A DNA stretch of 64,000 bases from Octopus sinensis (GCF_006345805.1 NC_043003.1:20336001-20400000), one strand, 5' to 3'; positions 12,480 through 24,192 are shown, counted from the first letter of the stretch. Made by a program: numbers and translations. Notes: a model not told the origin generated them from the sequence alone.

Positions 12480-13060
12480 GATTTTTACATTTCATACTTC
12501 CCGAGTCGATAAAAAAATACCAGATAAAGTAAATAATAAGGTTTATCTAATCAGTTATTCACACCATCGAAATTAATGGACTTGTGCCTATGTCACCGAG
12601 AATCGTAAGTACATTGGACAAAATGATTAACGGTATATGTCCCATATCGCCGAGATCAATTTTAACTTGTATTATTTCGAAATTGATAAAATATAGTACC
12701 AGTCACTTACTGGGATCGATCTAATCGACTAAGTTCCCTTCCTTTAAAATTGATGATCTTATGCTTAAGTTAGAAACAATTATGATTTATATTATTACAG
12801 AGTTGTGAGCTCAAAGGATAGTTTGACGGTCGGAAGAATAACGCTTTGTCGTAGGTTCTCTGGCTCTTTAGTTTCTGAGCTGAATACCTACTGAAGTTAG
12901 TTTTGCTTTTCGTCATCAATAAAAGAATGTATCAGTTAAGTGCTAGTGTTGATTTAACCGATTTACTCCCTCTCTTCAAATTTGCTGGCCTTGCACCTAG
13001 ATCAGAAACCATTCCAAGCGGTTAGCTGGCAGAATTATTATAGCATCGGAAAAAATGGCT
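12480..13060 (+). mobile_element. Cluster of old, diverged SINE family A fragments
   Basis: Repeated GTCGATAAAA..TACCAG, CTGGGATCGATCTAATCGAC and GCTGGCCTTGCACCTAG motifs. Confidence 0.65.
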
Positions 13061-13267
13061 TGAGTTGTTCACCCCATTTCATTACCGTCTGGGATACAAA
13101 TATATCCGTCTCATATCAAGATAACCAGCACATAGCCTTGCAAGTGGGGGCCAGTTAGAATTTCCTTCAGGTCGAGCAGCTCATCACGTTCAAAAGGTTT
13201 CTGAATAAAGGTTGTTTAAGTATGAACGAAGCACCCATATTTCCAGTAGCGAATTATTCAAATCCTC

Positions 13268-13548
13268 TGTGTGGTAAGTAGCTTGCTTATGAACCACATG
13301 TTTCCGGGTTCAGTCCCACTGCATTGCACCTTGGGCAAGTGTCTTCTACTATAACCTCTGGCCGACCAAAGCCTAGTGGGTGGATTTGGTAGACGGAAAC
13401 TGAAAGAACACCGTCGTATATATGTATATATATAGAATAAGTACAAGGCTTACAAAGAATAAATCCTGGGGTCGATTTGCTCGACTAAAGGCGGTGCTCC
13501 AACATGGCCACAGTCAAATGACTGAAACAAGTACAAGACTTAAAGAGT
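13268..13548 (+). mobile_element. SINE family B copy with internal deletion, nested in another repeat
   Basis: Head joined via short (TA)n directly to ATAGAATAAGTAC tail; AATCC on both flanks. Confidence 0.85.
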
Positions 13549-14697
13549 AATCCCTTTCAACACTTGGCTATGATGCTGCCCCATTATTCCTGCTCTTGAT
13601 TAGAGATGCATATGTCGTCAGCTGCTAAGTGACTTGCTCAACTGATTAAGGTCAAGCAACTGACAAACAAATCTGTGGTGCTGATCAGCAGTAGAAGTAT
13701 TTTAGAGGGGTGAACTAGCAGAAGTGTTATCGTCACGAAAAATAAGCCCTTTAAGATCTGACTTAGAACCTTGCTGAAGTCAATTTTGCTTTTCATTACC
13801 TTCAGACGTTAGTAAAAGCAGACTATAGCAGTTAGGTACACGGTTTGCTTTGAACAACTATACTTGTTTCGCCAAAATTATAAGCCTTGTACTTATGTGT
13901 TACAGACTGTTATGAATAACTTATTGTACTTTAACGAGAGTTACCAGAAGGGGATACAAAGAACAATAAATATTTTAGAAGAAATAAATGCATTTTTCAT
14001 TAAAATTCGTATCTATTTTAGATGTCGGAGAAGAGATACATAGAATGATCATATGAAAATAACAATTATCTGGGTGTGAGTTTGAGAAATGGGAGAACAA
14101 TAGACAGTCTGTAAGAATACATATTTTTCAAACAATATATAATGCTATTAAAAGTAATTGTCAGTTACCGGATGAATGGCTAATTCAGTGAATCTTGTGA
14201 CGTGGAAACAGCCATGCAAATAATTACAATTTCTATTGAAATATATGTGTGTGTGTGTCTATGTGAGTGCGCGGGTGCGTGCTTGTTTGTGTGTGTGCGT
14301 GTGTATGTGTGTGTACATGCATGTATGTGTGTGTACATGCATGTATGTTTGTGTATGCATGTACTCAGGTATTGAAGACTATTGTAGAGATAATATTATA
14401 CGCTATCATCAAATCAATTTAATTATTCTATCGTATTAATGCATATAACTTGTTAGACACACACACACGTACACACACATATACACACACTCTCTCTCTC
14501 ACACATACACGTCCATACACATTTACATTCATACAACTATAGCCTTACATATATATATGTACATATTCATAGAAATGAATGTGTAAATATGTGTATATAC
14601 ATGTGTGTGTGCATTATATGTATGAGTTTGCGTGTATATATATATTTATATATATATATATGTATAAATACATACACACACACACACAACACACACA

Positions 14698-14738
<41 letters not shown>

Positions 14739-15072
14739 ATATATTATATATATATATATTATATAGATCTATATATATATATATATATAATATATATACA
14801 CGTATGTATGTATACACGCATACATTCAATTAAATGTGTGTATTTGCAAATATGAAATTACATTCTGAAATACGCATAAATTCATTATTGACTTCATAAT
14901 TGCAATTTATACACTGTCTTTCCTCCTACTCCTTCCCTCTCTCTCTTTTCTCTCTTTCTCTCGCTTTTCCCTTCTTTCTCCTTTTTTCTCTTCCTATTTC
15001 TCACTCTCTCTCTCTCTTTCTCTTTCCCTCACAAACAACCCTTTTCACATCTTGTATGCACTTACGTGTATG

Positions 15073-15359
15073 TCGAGGCACATGGCCTAGTGGTTAGAGT
15101 AGTGGACCTGCGGTCGAGGGATCGCGGATTCGAATCTCAGACCGGGCGGTGTGTGTGTTTGTGAGCGAAACACCTAAGGTCCACGCGTCTCCGGCAGAAG
15201 TTAATGGCGAACCTCTGCCGACTCTTTCGCCACAAATTTCTCTCACTCTTTCCCCCTGCATCTTGCATTTCACCTGCGACGGACCGGCGTCCCGTCCAGG
15301 TGGAGAACCTGTACGCCAAGGAAATCAGGGCTCGAGAAGGAAGAAACAGCTAACAACTA
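15073..15359 (+). mobile_element. SINE family C copy with 13-bp TSD ACTTACGTGTATG
   Basis: tRNA-like head TGGCCTAGTGG...TTCGAATC; TSD at 15060-15072 and 15360-15372. Confidence 0.9.
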
Positions 15360-15834
15360 ACTTACGTGTATGCACGAATATTTGCGTGGTTTCTTACTTC
15401 CATAGAAAATACTACATTCTTTAATAGCGATGAAAAGATACCGTGGCACACATACTTGTCTCAAGATCATTTGGGACACACTACCTGCTTGATCTCCATA
15501 GAGCAGACCTGACCACGTATCCATGCAGGCAGGTACAGCACTAGGCAAGTGTTTTATGGTGGGCCACTATTTGTTACCAACACATACAAGTCTAACTTCT
15601 TAATACGCCATATTTTGACCACTACAACATTGACGTTTGCGTCAGAGCACAAAGGACCTAAACTGTTACCGCAGACATGCACGTGTCTCAGCCAGTCCAC
15701 CACGTTTGGTCAGTAGTTTGTTTATCGACCCCATAGCAGGAAAGATAAAGGTGATCTCGGCGAGATTTGATTGCAAATCACAGTTAGATATACTAACTAA
15801 CGCTTTAAAAACTCGCTTCTCTCTATATGTTTAT

Positions 15835-16057
15835 ATGTCTTTTATTTTTTATTTGCTTCAGTCATTAGACTGCGGCCATGCTGGAGCTTCGCTTTGAAGT
15901 ATTTTTAGTCGAATAGATCGACCCTATCACTGTTTTATTTTAAAGTCTTGTACTTATTTTATCCATCACTTTTGCCGATCCGCGTGTTTACGCAGACTTC
16001 AACCCACCGACACCGGTTGTCATGCAGTTGTGGTGGGCGAGAAACACAAGCAGAGAA

Positions 16058-16089
<32 letters not shown>

Positions 16090-16110
16090 TCGACAAGTTT
16101 CTTTTCAATT
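15835..16110 (-). mobile_element. SINE family B, 3' part
   Basis: TTCAGTCATTAGACTGCGGCCATGCTGGAGC. Confidence 0.75.
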
Positions 16111-16196
16111 TCCTCTGTCTTCTGCATTATGCGTGTGTGTGTGTGAATGTATGTATGAATATATGCATAAACGTATATGTATATATATATATTATC

Positions 16197-16512
16197 ATTT
16201 ATTTATGCGCCCTTTCCAAGCCTAGCTAGGCTCAGGGGCCTGGTTTCCCGGTTTCTGTGGCGTATGTGTTCCCCCCAAGCTGAACGGAACGCCAGTCTAT
16301 CGCAGCGCTATTCAAGAAACAGGAAGAAAGAGTGAAAGAAAGTTGGGGCAAAAAAGTACAACAGAGGTCACCATCACCCCCTGCCGGAGCCTCGTAGAGC
16401 TTTTAGGTGTTTTCGCTCAATAAACACACACAACGCCCGGTCCGGGAATCGAAATTATGATCCTCCGACCGCGAGTTCGTTGCCCTAACCACTGGGCCAT
16501 TGCGCCTTCACA
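16197..16512 (-). mobile_element. SINE family C copy
   Basis: Reverse complement head GTGAAGGCGCAATGGCCCAGTGGTTAGGGC and body GAGCGAAAACACCTAAAAGCTC. Confidence 0.9.
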
Positions 16513-17662
16513 TAAGTATATATGTATACATATATAATATATGGCATATGTTACCAAGCCATAATAATTCGCCAGTGGCCGTTCACTGTCCATTAAGTGT
16601 CGTGTTACGAGCCTAAGGGAAAAATTACGTGCTGTCTGTGAAGTTTCGTTGCCCAGTGGCTGTGAACATTTCATTCAAAGTTGATGATAAGACATACAAA
16701 AATTCGTGAAAAGATTCCGCCACATTAACATCTATACTATGTTTCAGTCGGTTTGACTTCTGATTTTCTTATCCAACGTTTTATTTCTGTAATGTAGGAA
16801 AGCGTATATGTTTGAAATACATGTGTATGCTGACATCCTTATAAAGCTTTGCTAAGATATTTTTATCGTAAACATTTAGTGATTTAGTAATAATAACGAA
16901 GGAAGAAAATAGAGATTATAATCTACTTCTTCGTTATTTTTTTCTCTCTGAAAAGAGATGTTCGTTTCATATGAAGCTGAGAAATTTAGCAATATATTTA
17001 TCTGTACTGTAATTCTAAGACAGCTATTTTCAATATTTAGACTTTCTTTTCTATTGAAAATTCGTTTGCTTGACTTGGACATAGAGCAATCTATATCTTC
17101 CCGGGAGTTCGTTTGAAAAAAAAATAATAAACATCTCTGACACACACCGGGGGAAAATATAAAAAGATATTGTTTATATACATTATTCATGCTACTGTGT
17201 TATATACATTCCCACAGTTACCAATACTATAGATAACATTCATATTCAAATGTCAGTCAAACGATTTTTGCTGCTAAGAAATCTTCATAAAAATACAACA
17301 AAAACTGCAACAGTAATAACACTGTATCCATTTAGCTTAGATCAATTTTGTTACTAGACAGTTTGATTGAAAATATATATAAGTAATAAGAAGCAACATA
17401 TCAAATGAAAGTTATCAATCAATAATACCACATATTTGCTATTGTTGTTTAAAGCCCCCGGTCTTGATCGAACCAACTTCTGAGCAAAGAAATTTCAGCC
17501 ACGATTATCCGCACGGCCAGTACCACGGTATGCTGCGCCTTAGGCCAGATCTACAACTTGTGCGCCATGAGAGCTCCTTCTTCCAAATCTGTTTCTAAGA
17601 CTTCCTCCGGTCATCCACTTCATTAAGCCAGACTGGAAATCTGTCGAGCAAGCATATCTCTG

Positions 17663-18263
17663 AAGGCGGCAAGCTGGCGGAAACGTTGGCACGTCGGGCG
17701 AGATGCTTAGCGGTACTTCGTCTGCCGCTCCGTTCTGAGTTCCAATTCCGCCGAGGTCGACTTTGCCTTTCATCCTTTCGGGGTCGATTAAATAAGTACC
17801 AGTTACGCACTGGGGTCAATATTATCGACTTAATCCGTTTGTCTGTCCTTGTTTGTCCTCTCTGTGTTTAGCCCCTTGTGGGTAGTAAAGAACTAGATAT
17901 TTCGTCTGCCGCTCCGTTCTGAGTTCTAATTCCGCCGAGGTCGACTTTGCCTTTCATCCTTTCGGGGTCGATTAAATAAGTACCAGTTACGCACTGGGGT
18001 CAATATTATCGACTTAATCCGTTTGTCTGTCCTTGTTTGTCCTCTCTGTGTTTAGCCCCTTGTGGGTAGTAAAGAAATAGATATTTCGTCTGCCGCTACG
18101 TTCTGAGTTCAAATTCCCCCGAGGTCGACTTTGCCTTTCATCCTTTCGGGGTCGATTAAATAAGTACCAGTTACGCACTGGGGTCGATATAATCGACTTA
18201 ATCCGTGTGTCTCTCTTTGTTTGTTCCCTCTGTGTTTAGCCCATGTGGGTAGTAAAGAAATAG
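17663..18263 (+). mobile_element. SINE family A trimer: one head plus three tandem 184-bp body units
   Basis: TTCGTCTGCCGCT at 17717, 17901 and 18085; units nearly identical. Confidence 0.92.
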
Positions 18264-18909
18264 ATCATGCATATGTCTGAGTAAATATATTATCGAGAAA
18301 ATTTTGAAATATTTCCAACCAAAAAACTGCACCGTCGTCTCGATCACTGTTCTCTGTTTTGCATTATTCCAGAAGTGAAGTCCTAAGTTCTCTTCATTTC
18401 CATGTTTTCGTAATTTGAATTGGATACAGAAATTTTGGTAAAAATATGGTGCACGTGATTTGAACACCCCTTCTTGGATGTCACTTACACTACTTGGTTC
18501 GTAGCTTCGGGCCCTAATGTAAAGATTTAGCTCAGGTGCAGTTAAAAAAACAAAACAAAACAGGAATATGTTATTAAATGCGTTTTTTCCGAAGGCGGTA
18601 AAATGTGATTCGCTGGAATTTGAGTTGCGATTTCTAGCAGGCTTCACTGCGTATATGCTCTTATAATTACATACATACATACATACATATATACATACAT
18701 ACATACATACATATATACATACACACACACACACACACATACATACATACATACACATACATACATACATACATACATACATAAATACATACATACATAC
18801 ATACATACATACATACATACATACACACACACACTAAGAACTAAGAATATGGATACAAACTGCTAACCCCTAATTTTTACCTCTTTTACTTCCCCACAAA
18901 TTCTTTCTA

Positions 18910-18946
18910 ATATTTGATAAGATGGATACATCGAAACCGGTTATAT
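18910..18946 (+). ncRNA. Minimal hammerhead ribozyme motif, U3-A8 variant
   Basis: ATAT | TTGATAA | GATG-GATA-CATC | GAAA | CCGG | TT | ATAT: core, 4-bp helix II, palindromic helix-III loop, short AU helix I. Confidence 0.6.
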
Positions 18947-19201
18947 ATTAAATCATTCACTGAAGCAAAAATATCAAATATTCCCTAAAATGTATTTCTG
19001 TTCCTTTTCCAACTTTATTTACTTTTTTAACTGTATATATATAATAGTTATCGCCATACTAATATGGCATTCTTATAAAAATAAGAAAAAAGCTGTCCGC
19101 TTATTAGCTCCATGAGGCCATCGCCTTAAGTTAGCTATTTGATACACAAACTGTATCCATATAACCTTCGAACATGGGAGGTCCGTCGCTCCACACTACT
19201 T

Positions 19202-19261
19202 GACCGGCAGCTACAGACGCGTTTCGGGGTATTGCCCCTTTTCAATGCAGCGTAGCCAGCC
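19202..19261 (-). ncRNA. Minimal hammerhead ribozyme motif (antisense twin of 19561-19620)
   Basis: Reverse complement of the motif at 19561-19620. Confidence 0.8.
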
Positions 19262-19560
19262 AGTAGGTGTCGCTTCCGACAATCTCTGTTCGATGGTTTT
19301 ATTTACCTAGTTTCGGTGGAATACATCCACTTGTTTTCAATAATAGAAATATTAAAATAACTAAGTCTCTCTAAAAGAGAACAGCGGCAGCGTTCCCGGA
19401 AGATAATAGTTATCGCCATACTAATATGGCATTCTTATAAAAATAAGAAAAAAGCTGTCCGCTTATTAGCTCCATGAGGCCATCGCCTTAGTTAGCTATT
19501 TGATACACAAACTGTATCCATATAACCTTCGAACAGAGATTGTCGGAAGCGACACCTACT

Positions 19561-19620
19561 GGCTGGCTACGCTGCATTGAAAAGGGGCAATACCCCGAAA
19601 CGCGTCTGTAGCTGCCGGTC
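19561..19620 (+). ncRNA. Minimal type I hammerhead ribozyme motif, U3-A8 variant, predicted cleavage after GUC at 19606
   Basis: GCTGCA | TTGAAAA | GGGG-CAATA-CCCC | GAAA | CGCG | TC | TGTAGC; helix I extends via GGCTGGC/GCCGGTC. Confidence 0.8.
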
Positions 19621-19841
19621 AAGTAGTGTGGAGCGACTGACCTCCCTTGTTCGAAGGTTATATGGATACAGTTTGTGTATCAAATAGCTAACTTAAGGCG
19701 AGGCCTCATGGAGCTAATAAGCGGACAGCTTTTTTTCTTATTTTTATAAGAATGCCATATTAGTATGGCGATAACTATTATTTTCCGGGAACGCTGCCGC
19801 TGTTCTCTTTTAGAGAGACTTAGTTTTTTAATATTTCTATT

Positions 19842-19903
<62 letters not shown>

Positions 19904-20060
19904 ATATAAACAACTTATAAATAAGGGGAAACGAAAAAAATACTAATGCCAAATATGCCGAAGAATTGGTCATATTGTCCATTTACCATATAATTTTTTC
20001 CAAGTACGCACGCTACTCGAAAATAGGTCGACAGAAATCTCTAAAAAATTCCATTATTAC

Positions 20061-20118
20061 CATATCGGATCAATTTCAGGGTTAGTTCAAAAAGAACCCT
20101 CCATTCGTCAGTGATACA
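20061..20118 (-). ncRNA. Hammerhead-like motif (left arm)
   Basis: Minus strand: TGTATCA CTGACGA ATGG AGGGTT...AACCCT GAAA TTGA TC CGATATG. Confidence 0.55.
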
Positions 20119-20337
20119 TGTGGCAAAGAAGTAAATGAGATACTTACTCATACTCACGGAAGAAGCAAACACTAAGTTATGATCACTCTGTGAGTGCCTC
20201 AGTTCAAATCGCACGTGTCTTGAATAGGCTCGACCATTTCTATTTTGGATTTATTTGGTGTACTTAGTTGTGCTCATGACTTAGTGTTTGCTACTTCCAT
20301 GGGTATGAGTAAGTAACTCTTTTACTTCTTTGCCACA

Positions 20338-20394
20338 TGTATCACTGACGAAGGGAGGGTTCTTTTTAACTAACCCTGAAATCGGTCCGATATG
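20338..20394 (+). ncRNA. Hammerhead-like motif (right arm)
   Basis: TGTATCA CTGACGA AGGG AGGGTT...AACCCT GAAA TCGG TC CGATATG. Confidence 0.55.
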
Positions 20395-20626
20395 GTAATA
20401 ATGGAATTTTTTAGAGATTTCTGTCGACCTTTTTTCGAGTAGCGTGCGTACTGGGAAAAAATAGATATGGTAAATGGACAATATGTCCAATTTTCGGCAT
20501 ATTTGGCATTAGAAATTTTTTCGTTTGCCCTTATTTATAAGTTGTTTATAATTTAACGTTTAAAGGTATTTTTTAATATGCTGGCCATTGATAAAATTTA
20601 TTTTCGAAAATCTTTTATCCTACATT

Positions 20627-20695
<69 letters not shown>

Positions 20696-20783
20696 AATGA
20701 TTGGACAAACGAAAGAAGGGCACTCAACAAATTTATTGGAGTTAAATGTATGGATCAAAAAATTTGATCAAATCGTTTGTACT

Positions 20784-20876
20784 CTCGAGTTTCAAGCGTG
20801 ATACTAGTCGTCAGCCATTTTGAATCTGAATTCAAATTAAAAATGGCTGACGATTAGCATCACACTAGAATTCGAA
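20784..20876. repeat. Small inverted repeat of two decayed HHR-like cores
   Basis: Both arms read AAAATGG CTGACGA ..ATCAC.. GAA(A) (C/T)TCGA outward from the centre; element lies between (TA)n tracts. Confidence 0.55.
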
Positions 20877-20882
20877 TTTGAA

Positions 20883-20952
<70 letters not shown>

Positions 20953-21397
20953 ATATATAAATGATATTAAATTACCAATTATCATTTTATACACACGCAC
21001 ATACTTGTACGTATGTATGTATGTATTTGTACGTACACATATTCATAGATGCTTAGTATCAATGTGCATGTATCGACGAGGTTGCAGATAAACGCGTCGA
21101 ACATCAGTTCCGTACATGACATGTCACTTTAGGTTGAGATCGGCCTTACAATTTGGCTTTGCCACATCGAAGAGAGAGAAAAAATACTGGGTCGATAAAT
21201 ATATAATCGAATACTATTTTCGTTAGTGTAGTCTGCTAAAATGATATCATGAGAGAGAGAATACACGCGCACGCCCACGCTCACACGCACATACAAATAT
21301 ATGTATATACATACATATATGTGTATTTATAGATATACACACGCACAATCACCCGGAAACTCACATATATATACTTAAATGTGCATCTATCTGTCTG

Positions 21398-21482
<85 letters not shown>

Positions 21483-21600
21483 CATCTATCTATTTTTCTT
21501 TCTATCTATCTATCTATCTATTTATCTATCTATCTAATCTATCTATCTGTATATATATATATATATATAAACTTAGATAAACTTATATATATATGTATAT

Positions 21601-21650
<50 letters not shown>

Positions 21651-22429
21651 GTGCGTGTGTATGTATGTGTATTATGTAAGAAATAATGTTAAATGCATTA
21701 AAAATTTTACATTTGTAAATAATACCTGAAGTGAGAAAATGAAAAAACAAAAATGACTATCTCTTTTTATCTCTCGTGGTCTCTATCTCTCTGTTTCTCT
21801 TCCTTTCAGTTCCTCTCTCTTCCTGTCCCTCTTTGTCTACCTCTGTTTCTTTCTCTTTCGGCTCCTTCTCCTCATTTCTGTCTGCCTCAAAAAAAAAAAC
21901 ATTCAAAGCAATTTACTTCCATTTATAACATGGGAACGTCTTAGTAGAATGTCTGGTTCTATAAACTTGATATTGGTTACCATTTGCCAGAACAAGAATT
22001 TTTTCTTCATAATACTTTATGGGTGGCGAACTGTTAGAGTCAGAATATGCATAGTGCTATTTGGGTCTCTTGTTTACGTTCTGGTTTCAAATGCTGCTGT
22101 GGTCACCTTTTCCTTCCGTCCCTAGGACTGGACAGTAACCCGAAACAAACATGGTGCAGGCTGAATGACTGCAACGGAGTGGTCGCCCCTGAAATGTAGT
22201 ACCAGAAGATACTCATATAGACCATGCCAGATTAATTTTTAGCTCTCGAGTATATGAAACGTCTTATTCAACTTTATGCACTATTAGATATTCACATCAC
22301 TTTCTTTTATACGTTTATTTCTTCATCTAATCTATTATTCGCGCTCACTATTATTCCCTAATATTTTAGAATGATATGTTATTATATTATTCCGTTTGTC
22401 TCATTGTCTATGATATATATTCTTTTATT

Positions 22430-22547
22430 AATTGATATCATATATGTACATATAAATACATATATAAACACACATACGCACACACGCGTATATACAAACA
22501 AGTACATACGTATATATATGCATATATATATGCATATATACATATGC

Positions 22548-22582
<35 letters not shown>

Positions 22583-22953
22583 ATATATATATATATAATA
22601 TATATATATATATGTATATGTTAAAAGACACACACAAACACGTATATTATTTTCCTTCGCCGTCTGTATATTTTGTATGCTATTGTTTCATTTTACCAAT
22701 TCCTTCTAAGTTTGGTTTAATTATTTACTTATGTTTCAATCTTGTATTACTATTGCTTTTTTTCTTTTCTTTCTCTTTGTTTATTTTGTCTTTTGTCTAT
22801 TATTAACCTTCCATTTATGCCCACCCTCCGGCACATACACACTTCGCATTATTATTTCCTTTCATTTCTTAGTATTCCCAATTATTGCTGCCATTCTTTT
22901 ATTCGCTTATATTATTTTAAAATCTATTGCCTTTAGACACATATGTATATACA

Positions 22954-22984
<31 letters not shown>

Positions 22985-23080
22985 GTATGCAGACACATGT
23001 ACAGAGACATATTTGCATAATATACTAACGCATAAATATGCATACTTATATATTTATACCTACCTACCTACCTAACTACC

Positions 23081-23138
<58 letters not shown>

Positions 23139-23154
23139 CATACATACATATATA

Positions 23155-23186
<32 letters not shown>

Positions 23187-23939
23187 GTATATACATATAT
23201 ATATTTATATACACTGTACAAACATACATACCTTTATATATGTATATATGCATGCATATATATATGCAAGGAATTTTGTTTCTGTATCTGCATACGATGA
23301 AAAACTCTTCAAGTATTTGCCAAGTTTTAGAATATTGGTGATTTTACTTACATATTTACTTATATATTTCAAATTTTCATTATTACTATTGTTGTTGATG
23401 CTGTTGTTATTGTTGTTGTTGTTGTTATTGTTATTATTATTGTATTTGTTACCGTCGTCATCATCATTATCATTTTTTGGATCTATATCAACTTCAATAG
23501 ACCAGAGGAAAAAACATATTTAATCAAATACATGTATATTTACTTGAAAAAATACAAACAAAATTATAAAAAAAACACTAGTAAATATACAACCAAAAAC
23601 ACACATACACATACACCCGCACACACGTACACACACATACACACACAAACACATACACGAAAACGCACAGAATATGTTACACTATGCTACACACACAAAA
23701 GAAAAATAACACTTATTATCGTATTTCTTGTTCAATATGTTCGTTCTAAGTTCGGGGCATAAAGAGTTATTTTGTATTTTTGGCAAACATTCCCAAGTCA
23801 ATTGAAATTTTCCAACGTTGATGTTGTAACTTACGAACCAAATTTTCCATTCTTTTGTATGCGAGTTTAACATCACCGTATTTTGATCTCCGCTGTACTT
23901 ACATATATACATACATACATACATACATACATACATACA

Positions 23940-23971
<32 letters not shown>

Positions 23972-23992
23972 CGTATACACACATACACACAC

Positions 23993-24049
<57 letters not shown>

Positions 24050-24192
24050 CATATATATATGTGTGTGTATATATATGTATATGTATATATATATGTATGT
24101 ATGTATATATATATGTATATATACATATATATGTATACATAAACATATATATCATCTATCTATCTATCTATCTATCTATCCATCTATCTATG

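Larger units (their letters stand above)
19041..19845. mobile_element. Non-coding HHR-bearing element (362-bp unit) in tandem-plus-inverted arrangement; Penelope pseudo-LTR or retrozyme-like
   Basis: Direct repeat 19041-19173 = 19403-19533; 19529-19781 is the reverse complement of 19041-19293; 19649-19845 is the reverse complement of 19338-19533; ends in (TA)n. Confidence 0.75.
19905..20550. mobile_element. Fold-back element, about 280-bp arms and 85-bp spacer, each arm with an HHR-like motif
   Basis: 19905-20186 and 20270-20550 are diverged reverse complements; bounded by (TA)n tracts. Confidence 0.8.

Noticed and set aside
17717-18263. 184-bp tandem units as a CRISPR array or satellite
   Set aside because: No unique spacers and no cas genes; the units are SINE A bodies in eukaryotic DNA.
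19100-19160. Three-hairpin module as a SECIS element
   Set aside because: No AUGA/GA quartet with an apical AA at the right spacing on either strand that I can see.
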